A stretch of DNA of 61,503 bases, the filler included, from Choristocarpus tenellus KU-1152 (taxonomy: Eukaryota > Protista > Phaeophyceae), in the NCBI GenBank assembly GCA_964200185.2. It is 13 parts of 13 records of this genome, joined end to end, with 100 filler letters (N's around TTAATTAATTAA, not from the genome) between each part and the next. Parts side by side here need not be neighbours in the genome. Positions count along the whole stretch, not along the records: positions 36,135 to 38,686 come from CAXNAD020026838.1; positions 38,787 to 45,269 come from CAXNAD020008042.1; positions 45,370 to 52,147 come from CAXNAD020007368.1; 10 more parts are not named here. The stretch is one strand, 5' to 3'. The notes under the pieces are model-generated. The model searched no databases and was not told where the DNA came from. It saw nothing but the letters and a program-made list of their open reading frames with translations. Shown here piece by piece: positions 36,910 through 49,605 of the stretch (position 1 is its first letter; each line of letters begins with the position of its first letter). Made by a program: the position numbers and the translations under genes.

Positions 36910-38638
36910 ATGAGGTCTATGGGAAGGCCATGGTGGTTAAGGCTGAGGTGGAGATCACTTTTACTACTCGCGTTTGTTTGTCGCAACCATTATGGTTTTG
37001 AAGGTGTGAGGTCCCAGAGTCTGGGGAAGGGGTTTGCTGAAAATCTCTTATCTCTCTCAGTCGATCGAGGTCTTTCGGGTGTGGACAATTCTCACAGAGC
37101 ACCCGTATCAATAAACGGGACTTACCTGAAGTGGGTGGCGGCCGAACCACGAGAAGGGCACGCTGAGGCTTGCACAAGGTACAGTCTCAACCCCACCAGC
37201 CGAGAGGTCTTCATCCAAGACGAGGTATGGGGTTCGGTTGATTTTTCATTGGTTGTCCTGATTAGCTGAAGTTCAAAGCAGCCCGCGTTCGTTTCACCCT
37301 GGAGTTCAAATCTTTCTCGTTCGACTACTCCTGAGTTCTTTCTTGCATAGGTAAATTGTACTACTTTGGGGGTATCTAACAACTCTGATGCAGAGGACCA
37401 ATGAAGACAGTTTATTGACGAGATGTTTAGGTGCGAGACACAAATTTCACTAGGATACGCCAAACCCTCATATGAATGGAAAAGACCTACAAGACACCCC
37501 GTGGTGGTCTTGTGGGTGCCAAGCCTGACCTCGCTTTGTCCTCCCTATCGCTGGTCATCTGGCATTGATGCAGGGAGTCACGACTGAAGGTTCTCTAGCA
37601 TCATGGTCGCTCGACCTGCTATCTCTTGTGGCGGATGGTCTGGGTCTTGGTCTTCAAAGACCAGAGGGCATTGCAGGTTGCTGTGTGCCGGGGATGTGGT
37701 GTAGCTCAACTGATTGCATGACGTTGGCATTTGGAGATTCCTTCTCCAATCACGGTGGCTATGTTGGAATGCCGAAAGATAGCTTCAGGTCAGTTTGCTT
37801 TTGATGCGGTGTCGTGGAACATCACACCACTTTGAAAGAATACGCGGTAGAGCTTCTTGAAGAGGGAACATTTCGAGGTATACGTACAATATGTGCTCAT
37901 CGTGTACGCTCCTTTTACGAAATGCTGGCATGAAGACATGCTACCTACATAGTCCAAGGCGGTGGTTGAGGGTGAGTAGAATGCATCCAGTAGCAAGAAT
38001 TTTGAATTGCTAGAGGATTCGCAGCCAATGCGGAGATGCTCCACGTCAGCAAGAGATTCCACCTTGCAGGAGGGAACTCGAACAGTCCTTTACCCTATTC
38101 CATCATTATTTGATCGTTCCATTCCCTCGCTTCTCTGTCGTACACTCTTACTCAACTCAGTGTTTACACCTGTTCTGAGTCAGTGCCATCAGTCCCCCTT
38201 CGGAATGAAACAAGAAACAGCACTGGGGCTGCTGGAGTGCACAGCAGAATGATGGCAGAAGAGTTTGGGAACAAGGAAGAGGCCAATGATGAACAAAATA
38301 GTGATCCCAGTGCAGGGTTGCAAAGCAGTGAGGGCGATGGTGGGGAGTTTATTATCATCCCGCTTGACCCACCCTTGCCCACCCCAGTCATAGATTACGT
38401 AGAGGCTTCAGAAAATGGAATCACTATGCCCGCCCAGGATGGCGTGGTCAGCCCTGGTGAAAGATTAACGCTGGTTGGATCGAACTTTGGCACGGATAGG
38501 AAGCTGTCACGAGTGATGGTGGGGGGTCGGGAGTGCATGAACCCTGAACTGTGTAACCGTGTTTGCCGTCCATGTTCTGAGGACCAGCGATGCGACTTTG
38601 ACGAGATGTGTGTTGAGGATGGCATTTCCAAAGCAAAG
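36910..38638 (+). CDS. Secreted/cell-surface Cys-rich protein with IPT/TIG-like domain; exons 36910-37224, 37574-37788, ~38180-38638 (partial)
   Basis: Signal-like LLLLAFVC; CCVPGMWCSSTDC; PVI...GERLTLVGSNFG...VMVGGREC is a typical IPT/TIG pattern. GT-AG boundaries are present but the exon 2-3 phase is not resolved. Confidence 0.7.
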
Positions 38639-38799
38639 GTGAGGAAGGAGAGGCACTTTCTTGCCCGGGGGGGGGAGGGGCCAAAGNNNNNNNNNNNNNN
38701 NNNNNNNNNNNNNNNNNNNNNNNNNNNNNNTTAATTAATTAANNNNNNNNNNNNNNNNNNNNNNNNNNNNNNNNNNNNNNNNNNNNGTGTGGTGCGGGG

Positions 38800-38965
38800 G
38801 TGTGTCTGGGGGACTCCTCTACATCAGCGTGTTAATTTGGTCATAACCAGGAAAAGTGCACTTACATTATCCATCTGACATACGCAACCAAATCACACAA
38901 AATTCATGACATGAAAAAATTGGTCCCAAATGGACAGCCACCCCCCCCCCCAGATACTTTGAGCC
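38800..38965 (+). mobile_element. MITE family B in intron of HIPL gene, at contig edge
   Basis: CAGGAAAAGTGCACTTACATTATCCATC core and AGATACTTTGAGCC terminus. Confidence 0.85.
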
Positions 38966-38985
38966 AGGTAGGCGCCTGCACTTAC

Positions 38986-41900
38986 TCGATGATATTAACC
39001 TCTTCCACCTTGACCTGGCCAACATCGCCGCAGTAGAGCTCATCTGTTACTTTGTCAAAGCTGCACTTGAACGGATTCCGCATGCCCCAAGCACATATCT
39101 CCGACAAACCAGTGCCTTAACACAGAATTTGAAATATATATGCCCAGTGGAACACAAAAATTGTGGGTGAGTGAAAACGATTCACAAGGGATAATATAAT
39201 AAATTTCGTAGAAAGCACCCAAAAAAACTAAAATCACGGATAAGTGCATCCACCATATATCGCAATATAATTGTGTTCTTCTGCTCTGTTAAGACCATCC
39301 ATTCCTAATGACACTAAAAAATATTGAGACCACAAACGCTTGAACCAAAACATTTCTCTTACTGGAAGCAAGAGTGTAATGTTCTGCAGGTCCTATTTCA
39401 TGCTTCTTGGAATTTGAATTTGCAGATAAGTGGGTGTGAGTGAGCTCTGTGTTGTGCTTAAGTATTCACCAGATGTAGCAAAGGGGTTGGAGTCTGGAAT
39501 TGTGTAGCCTGTTATATCAGGGTCTGATGACACTAATACGCGCATCATGGACCCGTGCATGTTTGTAGGATCCTGCGCCTTGTTTGTGGCGTCTTGCTGG
39601 GGCCCCCCATCGCCGATTACCCAGTACAGCTCATATGACACCTGCCTCAAATTGAACAATAGGCAGTAATGGTCATGGACATCGAAATAACATGCTTCTA
39701 TTCAACCATCAACAATAACTTTTGCAACTGGTTATCTCAAGGAAAACCTTAGGCAGTGTAAATATCAGTTAATCATTTTGTACAAATGTGTCATCCAGAC
39801 TTTCCAACTATTGATGATCTGTTACACTTACTATAGTACTGTAAATCTTCTGGCAGTTGAAATTAGTGTTGGTCAAGATACACATATTGATGAAAAGTGC
39901 ATATTCAACGACACCTAGAATACTATTTTAAGGTGTATCATAATGCTGATTCATATCTACTCGTACAAGCCTAACCTTAGTGGGGTTGGCATAGTCTGAG
40001 GGCTTGAACCCAAGCCAACCGCCGTTGTGAATAGATGCTCCCTTCGGGATAGATGTAGACAGGATCTCCTCAGAAGCTACCGTCAAGCCAGAATTCCCCT
40101 CAGTGTAGACAAATTTGGAAATTCGACTCCGTCCCTTCTCAGAGGCTTTCTGCAGTTTGACAGTCCAGAAAAATCAGCTCTCAATATACACAGCAAGAGC
40201 AGGCGATCTTCACAAATAGGTAAGCAATTGATTTACAACATATGAAGTCACAGTGAGGTACTGTAGGGGACCAATGCTCAATGCAGTAGCCAGTAAGCAC
40301 CTTGTTGAGCAACAGGGTGCACTGGCTGCTCGCTACAAACATAGACAAGGTTTGGCTATGACGTTTAACTTATTGCCAGTCTATGCCTTGTAATGTGACC
40401 TCTGCAATGGAGCACAAGTTCAAGAGACCTAGCTGTATGATTTTGCTCTGACTAAGCGAAACACAGATGCTATTGAGGGGAGCTGCAAGTCATAATTCAT
40501 ATTTGTATAAGCGGCCAGCTCTCACAAGCTCAGCATCCCAACAGCTACAGCGTGTGGGTTTAGGCAATAGTTCAGTTTATCAACCTCTGGAAATTAAAGA
40601 AAATCATTTGCTTTCCCACCAAGTATAATTTCCACACTACCGTGCCAATTCTTCTGCGATGCAAACTTACATCTGATCGAACATCACTATACATCTCTTA
40701 AACCTAACACCTTCTCTTTCGCACCCTGGTCTTGGGTGGGCTACTTATTGAAGGTTTCTACATGGCAAAGAACACAATGTGCAACAAGACAATGGAATCT
40801 CAGACAGCAAACCTTACCAGTTGCACAGTGTAATCAACGTAGAACAAGTTGTTTGTGGTGAACTCGGGGTGGAATGCAAACTCCTGTAGGCCCTGCTCAT
40901 GTGCCAATAGCAGGATATCGAGTAAGTCAGCAAGAGATATGGGATATATTGGGAGAAAGCAGAGTTCTTTTTCAATTCAAAACAGCAAGTACACGAAAGG
41001 TTGAATACAGAAAACCTGTTAAGCAACAAATAATTTCAACCTGACACTATTTCTGAATCAGCTTGGTGAGTTTGTATAGCGAGTGAGCAGGACGAAATCA
41101 AGGTATTGCAAAAACTTTTTAATATCTCTATTTGTCAGTATCATGTATCATGTACCATGTACAAACACTGTAACCTTCAATTGACCAAGCCCTGCAAAAC
41201 ACACACACACACACACCAGGTACAACAACGGACCTGTTCAAACGTAAGGAGAAAGTTGTGTCCCTTGCCGATGTCCATGACTTGCGCAGCAGATGAAACA
41301 TCTCTATCCATTGCGTCAAACTTGACCGACAAGAGGGTAGAGATGTGATATTAGCGTGTGACTGAAGGAGTGGTTTGAAAGTATTCATCAATGATCACCC
41401 CACCAAACCTTTCATTGTAGTAGAATCTGCCTTACATTATATGCCTCCTACTACGTAATATTTTTCGCTTCTCTTAGGTAAATGTTGTGCGAAGCTGCCC
41501 AACCCCAAAATGATCTTGTTCTTCCAGCTTTGCTTTCCTTTCATCAAGGTGTTGAACTCTTCAGGAAAGGCCTCCCCTGGTTTTAACTAAACTTGGTGTC
41601 CGATGGCGACTCAATCCTTTTGGTGCCCTTGTCATGATTCTACTAACCTATCCAATAATATAATCTAGAAGACAGGGTGCCTATCAGTGCTCTCAACAAA
41701 TATTCGCCACCACACTAATACTGCCCTTCAGAGTATGCATTTGATATCCAGAGGAGTAAGTGCAAGCCCGAACATGTTAATATATCAACTCTTCGATTTA
41801 TTGGTCCACTGGTGGTCCTTACCTCTTTTATCTCTCCTCCCTGCCCCGCCACCCACCACTTGGTTCCATCAGGGGTCATGTGCATGGCGATGGGGTTGTC

Positions 41901-42941
41901 CGGAAGACTACTTGCAGGAAGGGACTTGAAAGCCTTTTGCATTCCTGTTTCAAAATTGGTAGCTGAACATACAGTTGATAAAACAGCGGAAATAGAGTCA
42001 GACAGTTGCTTGACGTGATTATATCTTACCGAGCGAAAGATTATTACACACGCCCTACCGCACTTGATATGCCCTGGGCCTTCAAGATTTGAGGCAGGAC
42101 TTCAAGTGATACCTTTTTGACATCGAATATTAGAGCCTTTTCTTTGTATTTCTGTCCAAGCACGAACGAAAATTGTTGTGAGTGCATCGTAGCATATAGT
42201 TAGATAGAGAGCACATTGTGGCTATATTAAACCCGCCGTCGCTCTTCCGCCAAGACTCGACAACAGCAGAGGGGTTCCACACTTACAGTCTACTTGTAAA
42301 GGATAGGACCAGTACTGGTCTTTCTCTCCCCCAGTATGCACGTCGCAGTAATTGCTCGGGAATTCCAGCTGGCTGTCGCATGCGGTGACATACGATTCGC
42401 AGAATTCATTCGTGAAGGTCATTCCGTCCTCTGGGGCTAAATTGCCCAGGTCTGGACCCAGTCTCTCATAGAGATGAGCACTGAACCCGAGGCAAATCCC
42501 ACACACAACCTGTATGAGCGAGGAAATAGGACCAAAGGTGAGTGGACTCTGCTGCAAAAGCGATGGTCAGGATATTATCGAGGTATTGGATGAGGCAATT
42601 CGAACAGGGACAACAATCACAGAGGAAAGGAATCGTGAGAGCATTCACAGTCCACATAATAATATAGGGCATTCATGGCAGATAGGCTAGCCTACATGAC
42701 ACACCTCTTTGTGTAGGTCTGCGCATTCCCCTGTAAGATCCACAGCATTGTACCTTTCCTGCACCTCGAGCTCTTCAGCGGCTGAGCAGCAGTTTCCGTT
42801 GGGGTCGTCTGCGCAGAAGAAGGGCTCATAGGTATGAGAGGGGGCGCCATCCGGACCATACCAACACAGAGGGTGAGCCCACACCCTGGCTAAGGTTGAC
42901 ACGAGAACCCCTAGTAGCAGTGTCACGGATCTCGGTGCCAT
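38986..42941 (-). CDS. HHIP/HIPL1-like secreted protein (Cys-rich domain + glucose/sorbosone dehydrogenase beta-propeller); exons 42705-42941, 42287-42509, 41823-41962, 41234-41320, 40818-40892, 39976-40149, 39470-39641, 38986-39115; 3' end off contig
   Basis: Eight in-phase GT-AG exons: signal peptide, HPLC..CC..C..C..SAHLY..FC..C, EQGLQEFAFHPEF..FYVDYT, HNGG, IGDGG..AQD..GSMMR..YTIPDSNPF, EICAWGMRNPFKCSFD..GDVGQ..EEVNII. Confidence 0.93.
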
Positions 42942-44227
42942 GTGGAGGGTGGCTCTCAATAGAACAGTAGAGTGTGCACCCCCTTGCCCAGCTTGTGGTG
43001 TGATAGCTAGACGGCAAATCGAAGTACCGGTGAAGAAGAGGGGTGGTAAGAGTTGTTAGAACACACAACAAGACTGCGCGTTGTCTGTTGATACCCCCAA
43101 ATTCCCGGTGTTGGGATATTAATATACCCGTCTTAGGATAATAATATACTTCGGCTGTTACTACTGCTCTGCCTATATGATGTTACTGTTGACTACAAAC
43201 AACAATAATAGTAGTAGAGGTCCACAAAATAATAATGACTCAATAACAGTTCGAATATATACAACGGTTTGTTCAGATTTTATATGTTGAGGATGATGTA
43301 TGATGATCTGTCTTCCAATATTTTCCAAGTAATAAGAACGCTGACAACAACGCACCGAAGTTTATTGAATGAGCTGAGAGACAACAATCAAATGTAAAGC
43401 TTTTCGAACGTCATTGTGACAAACCACAAATGAAAAATTGATCACGTATAAATAACGTAGTTGTACCAAGAAATCAATTAATTAATCAAACATATGAGTA
43501 AAAAAGTATATTAAAAAGAAAATGAAATATTGTAGTTTTTCAATTATGGAAGGAGGAATAAATCCATATCTTACCAATTCGTATTGAACGTACTGCAACA
43601 TAAGTATTACTTAAGGACGAAGTTTACCAATTATTACTTATTTTAATATAATAAGAGTTCATAGCGAAAATATTGGTATATATGGCAAGCAGTTTAGAGG
43701 GGATTTTTAATAGTCTTACTTATCAACGAAGAAGAATTGGGAAAAATTGAATGAAGAAATCATCAAACAATTGTATCCTCACTTCTAAGCAAAAAATTCC
43801 CCCGGTGAAAAAAATGAGCAGAATATCTTTTTTATATGAAGAATATTTTAGCATCGCCACTGAAAAAAAACAAAAAAATATTAAATATTAATAAGGTGAT
43901 TTGGTGGTCTTACTAGACACTTCAAAGTAGGTACAAGATTAACCAAGCAATACAGTGTTGTTGTGAGGACCATCTCAAGAACTCGATCCTGTGAGGGGAC
44001 AAGGTGGTTTTGAAACCAAGACATTTAGAGGTAAGCTTTTTTTGTTGTAACTGCTAATTAATGTGCGCGCATGTGTTGTGGTACTACTTTCTGCACCACA
44101 ACACACAGTAGTTTGTGCCGTCGAATGACTTGCCAACTGCGACTACATCTATGTGTAGATCTAAGATATTCTTGCAACATACTAGTTGCTGACTGCTCTT
44201 CTGTTTTTGTTTGTTGCTGGATCATCA

Positions 44228-44430
44228 GGTAGATAGCTCTTGGTCACGGGCTTTGTGGAGAACGCTAGGAGGGTTGGTCTGCCAGTGACGCTAGACACCA
44301 TCATCTCATTTAGTCTAAGGGCTGAAGCAGAAATTTTCGGAAAATGCCGTCTGATATACATATGATGAAGGCCTTGGAGGACTTTGATGGAGGGGAGAAG
44401 TGGGTGATAAATTTTCTTCAAACTACTGAG
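44228..44430 (+). pseudogene. pogo/Tc5 (CENP-B-type HTH) transposase remnant
   Basis: FVENARRVGLPVTLDTIISFSLRA...LEDFDGGEKWVINF (with a frameshift) matches the R-x2-G-x-PVT...F-x-AS-x-GW-x3-F pattern; stops nearby. Confidence 0.55.
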
Positions 44431-45422
44431 TAGCTGCTGTTTGACGAGGAGAGAAGGAGGAGAGAGATTGTGACGTTAAGTTTGGAAAGGTATTGGAAAA
44501 CCTTGAGATGAAGGCTAGGAAGCTCCCGACCAACAACAGGATCGCTAGGGGTCAGGAATGGCTGCAACTAGAAGAGCAGGAGGATGTAGTTGGGGCCTTG
44601 GCGTAGGGCCTCCCAAATGAGCGAGCAGAAGTACTTTGTGTTGCAAGCTCCACAAGTCAGGCTGCGGAGGAAAGGGATGAGTTGTCCAGAGATTAGAGCT
44701 TGGCATAATAGGATGGTGATGATGGTGGTGATGGTGATGATGACGGTGGAGGGGCGAATCTTCTTCCACCTTCCCTTATGTTGAAGAGGAACCATTCCTT
44801 CTTGAATTGGAGGCAAAGACAATGCTACATAATAAGGTAAAAAATGCAGTTATTCAGTCCTCTTGCTTTGAGGTCTTCGATGCAGACAAAAATCAGACCA
44901 TTATTTGACAAATGGGTGTCTTATTATATGCTTCTGTTCTCTTAACAAAAAGCATGGAGGGATACAACGTCATACCCAAGTAAACAATGAAGTCATAAAC
45001 ATGTGGATCACACTCATTTAAAAGAATGTCGACTAATGAAACGTTTTAACTTTTTTTACAATCAGTTCATCTCAAGGCGTGTCTGGACCAAAATGGTCAA
45101 GGTCGCCTTAAAGTAAACTTGCGCCAATAAGGAAGTTAGTCAATAAGAGTACTCATCATGTTGGATAGGACATGACAATAAAATAGCACAGGGTCACCTT
45201 GAAAGGGGCACGTACAGCACTAAACAGCCGATTTCAAAAATTGAGGATGGAGCTTTTCATTGAGGATGGNNNNNNNNNNNNNNNNNNNNNNNNNNNNNNN
45301 NNNNNNNNNNNNNTTAATTAATTAANNNNNNNNNNNNNNNNNNNNNNNNNNNNNNNNNNNNNNNNNNNNATCTCTGCCTCTCCCTCCCCCCTTCCTCCCC
45401 ACCCCCCGCCCCGATCCTCTTC

Positions 45423-48400
45423 TTACTCATCTTTGTCATCCCCTTCATCCTCTTCTTCATTCTCCTCTTCATCCTCCTCTTCTTCCTCCTTGTCCTCCTC
45501 CGCGTCGCTAACATACTCCGGCTCCTCTTCCGGCGCAGAATCACCGGCGCCCCTCCGCACCTTGCGACCTTTCCCCTTCCCACCCGTAGGGGAAGAGGGA
45601 CACTTGCGCTTTCTAGTGGTGATTGGCGTCAAGTCCGAGTCCGAATCCCGCACTTCGAACCCACGAGAACGCACTACCGTAAGACCGGGGAGCATGTGGA
45701 ACGGTGATCTCGCGTCATTCTTTGCCCAGGGTTTGCACACTCTCCCGACTACGGGCGTGACGAGCATCTGCCCGGGGCCAACCTGGGAGAAGGGGAGGAG
45801 GACCTCGTCACGCCTTCCGCTCTGCGGAACCTTTGACGTGAATTTAATGTTGGCGTCATCTGTCTTCTCGGTCCAACACATGTAGTAGAGAGGGCAAGTG
45901 ACTGCCACGCGCAAGTAGAGCTCTGCGCGCGGCCCACACACCTCTGTTCCAGGCGAAAGCATGCGCTTGAGCTGTTTGTTGTTGGCCACATGAAGCAACC
46001 GAATGCACTGTTCTTCTTGGTCTTCAAGAGAGATCGAACGGAAGGCCTCTGATCGAGAGTTGCACACTTGCAGATCACCCCACGCAGGGAGGTCATTTCC
46101 ACCGACTTTGTAGTCTTTTCCGTCAAGCGGGAATAAGGCCATTTCGGCGGGATTCGAGGACGAACTTGTACGCATCTGAGCATTGTGGAAGATAAAGACA
46201 GCGGTGGGGTTGGGGGGGGTGGAGGGGTGTTTGGGGGGGGGGGGGGGGGGTGGGGGGGGGGGCAGAGTTCGGTCATTCATAAATGGATGTGATATGGAGG
46301 TGCGCGATCGAAGGTGGTGCAAGAACGGCAACCTTATTGTGGCAAACGTTGAACACGCGACGGATCCAACACTTACCCACAAGGCCCATAGTCTTCTACT
46401 CAACGTATTTGGGTGCTGCATTAGATAGGTTCGGACTCGGGAAGAAAAAAAACGTGTCTACTGCATGCCAAGAGCGTGACTCTGCCATTCGTTCTTGACA
46501 AATATGTTACGAAGTGCATTCTATGCCAGATTCACCTCGATCTGGTAGCCGACGTCCGTCGACACCGTCTTCGCAACGAAAACGGTCGCCTCATCGTGCC
46601 CCATTGCCTTTCTCTAAGGACTGACGGCCTCAGAGTGAAGATATCTTAGAGGGTACGAGTTTCCTCCTGTTTGTCCATTTGGGGCTTGGCTTCCCCATTT
46701 TTTTTTTTTACATTTCACCTACTCCAAAATGTTTCAGAGTAGGTGAAATGTATACATTATGAAAATGTGTATCCAGAACGTGGACATTGATACTTCCCAA
46801 CAAATTCAATGGCCAAAATTATATCAAAATCTCAACATTGGATTTTAACCCCCAAATGGACGCGGCTCTACCCTCTCAGATACTTTGGCTCCCCAGCAAA
46901 ACATCGCTGTGTCTCAATTGGGACGAGGGTCTGCCCCAAGGCTTCCGGCAGGCAGGAAGGGCCTATCACGCATTCTTAAAAAAAAAGAGAACCGCTGCAA
47001 CTGCACCATTTACCAACCTTTGGAGCTCTGGTGTCCACTTCTCGTTGGGTAGAACCTGCCTGGTGCGTGAGATAAGCATCTTGGACATGTGCGCGTCCGA
47101 TTCGATCTCCTTGTAGTCCCTTGCCGTAGGAGTCTTCCTGTTGAATGATTTGTACCTGCAAAAAGAGAATAGCAGTGAAGGACGTCAACGAGAACGATCT
47201 GCAGGTAATGATGAGTAAAGGGTCGCCACTGCAGAAAATATTCTATGGAACGATTGTCATAGTTCAGAAAAGACAAGAGCACACATACACAGGAAACACA
47301 AACTGCAGGTAGTCTTTCCACAGTACTACGAACGGTTCGTCATTCGATACAAAAATGGCCGACTACGGTCTTCATCGTAGGAGACACCTATTGAACGTTC
47401 CTGTATAAGGTGCTGCGACCGGCACACATGTTGTTTATTTCTGTCTACACGATAAAACACAGTGGCCGTTTGACTTACCTCGCAAGAAGACGGATGCATA
47501 GCCCCTGCTTGAGAGAAGTGAAGTCGGCAAACTCCTTGCGACTCAGATAGCTCAGTGTGACCACGTTGCGGTCGACCTGTGGTGACGAGGTCTCACACAC
47601 TTCCTTCAGTACATCGAAGGACTCTGGTTGAAGGGACTTTACGCCTTGCTGCCAGTTTCGTAGAGTTGTTTTCGGCGGGGGAGTAACGCCCACCTTTGCG
47701 ATGGGCAGAAGTTGAAAAATATGATGCACCCAGTCAGCCAGGATGAGGCATCATTATTACCACGCCAATGGGGTATGTATGAGTGGGGGGGTGTTCTTCA
47801 GCGGCCTGGCCTAACGATAAAACAAACAAGAACGCTTTTTATTGTTCGTGTGTATACAACACAGACACAGCATGTGGTAGCCCACGAAGGAGAGAGTTTG
47901 GTTCGCAAAATGATGCATCGTGTGTTTATTAATTCAGGCGACACCGCAACGGTCCAAGCAAGGAGTGGACCTTACCCGTGGGAGGGAGGGGGGGAGGCAG
48001 TATGATACTCAGCGGCTTGGCCTACCCAGTGCTAAAATTAAAAACTGTTCACTTCGTCTGTGATTTTGCACACACACATACTACATGGTCACCCGAAAAT
48101 CAAGCATTTGGTTGAAAGGGTTGGTAAACACGGGATAACTATCTCAACTTAGGTTGAATAGGAGGACACAGAGAGATCTTCTCAACAGCTGTAACCCAAC
48201 AAGAGGAGGAGTAGAGTGCCACCATCCCACCAACGTTGACAACTCCCTCACCTTTTTGTACATTTTGCGGATCTCTGCTAGTGACACTTCTTTTTTCTTC
48301 GTCTGTCACTTGATAGCTTCTTGGAGCTCGGTACTGAAAATATACCTTACCGTACAGCGTGCGCTCAACCACACTTTCGGTCGCGTCCTTGAATGTTATA

Positions 48401-49153
48401 AGCGTGGCGGTGCAGTGGGCGAACGGGGCAAGGGGTCGGTGGGAAGCGGTCGCGGGACACAAGAGGCAGGCAGTAGTGAGCAACATGTTGCTGCCGATAG
48501 AAATGCCACGAGGGATAAAAAAGATCAACAACAAAAAGATCAACAACGAGCTGACTGACGATGAACAAAAGAAAGGAAACACGGCAACAACTTGGTAGAT
48601 CAGAAGAGTCATCAGGCGATCATGGAATAACAACAACACTCAACTTACTTAGTTGTTTTAGTTGATCAAAAGAGACAGGAGGTCATGGTACAACGACAAC
48701 ACTCCATCACCCACCGTTGGCAATTAGCCTCTCTTCTGCTTGGTTGAACTCCATGTAGACCCGCATCATGAAAGCGCGTTCGGGATCAAACTCTCTCTTC
48801 AACACTGCTATTCTATGGTTTCCGTCCAGTGTTCGTCCTTGAACGGCAAGCGCAGTGTCGGCGGTGAGCTCGTCCCCGTTGCCTAAGCAGTCTCATTGGA
48901 TGACGACGGATGGAGCAAACTGCTCGAGCCAGCCTTTTTCACGGATGGACTTGCTGAGTTGTGCAAGGCCACGCTCGGTCAGGGGACGCAACATCTCCGT
49001 GCATGTGATGTTGCCAAGTTTTATGTTGTACGTGCCGAGGTAGTGATGTTCGAGGAGCTTGGACATGCCTTTGGCATTGTTATACGACGCTCTCGATCCG
49101 TGGGCAGCGCCATCAGCGGGCAGGGGGGTTGTTGTTGAGCGAATGTTGGACAT
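45423..49153 (-). pseudogene. Spliced ParB/Spo0J-like gene (ParB/Srx N-domain, putative HTH, basic NLS-like segment, acidic tail), decayed; exons 48715-49153, 48252-~48395, 47479-47693, ~47014-47155, 46536-~46930, 45423-46175
   Basis: Exon 1 reads LRPLTERGLAQLSKSIREKGWLEQFAPSVVIQ*...RTLDGNHRIAVLK...EERLIANG. Exons 2-3 read EVSLAEIRKMYKK|VGVTPPPKTTLRNWQQGVKSLQPESFDVL. Inactivated by stops at 48893-48895, 48306-48308 and 46614-46616, a frameshift in exon 2 and a MITE in exon 5. Confidence 0.75.
46633..46891 (+). mobile_element. MITE family A, full-length, inserted in exon of ParB-like gene
   Basis: GAGTGAAGATATCTTAGAGGGTA...TACCCTCTCAGATACTTTGGCTC; flanks CTCA/CCCA (4-bp TSD, one mismatch). 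Removing it restores TLVPIETQRCFAEAVSP. Confidence 0.85.
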
Positions 49154-49605
49154 GGTGAAGATTGGGAGGGTGTGACGGGGAAAGATAAGTAAGGGGTAGG
49201 TTTTGCCCTTGGTTGTGGAGAGGTTGGCCGCACCCTGCGTTGGAGTTAGTTGCAAATCATGTGACCCAGCAGTACGTAGAAGAAGTGGATCGAAGGAGTA
49301 TTTCGAGTGGTGGTTGCATATTACTTTGACCGGTCTGAGACTATGGTTAAGAAAAAATGTGAAGATTCGTACGAAGTACTATTTTTTTGGTTTGTTATGT
49401 CGAGACTACAATGATGATGATGATAATCTTCGTGGCTTTTACGGAGGAAGGCACAGTGACTGTTATTTCACCGCTGTGTACACCTACTCTGCGGCCCCGG
49501 GCCCGGTCTGACCTTGGTAGTAAAAGTGTATACTTCATATATTTCAAGCGCTCCACGATGATGATGATGATGATCGTAGATTCGTCTCCTTTACTATTTC
49601 TGCAG

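Noticed and set aside
48715-49153. ParB-like exon as bacterial or plasmid contamination
   Set aside because: The gene has phase-consistent GT-AG introns, a host MITE insertion and no parA or operon context.
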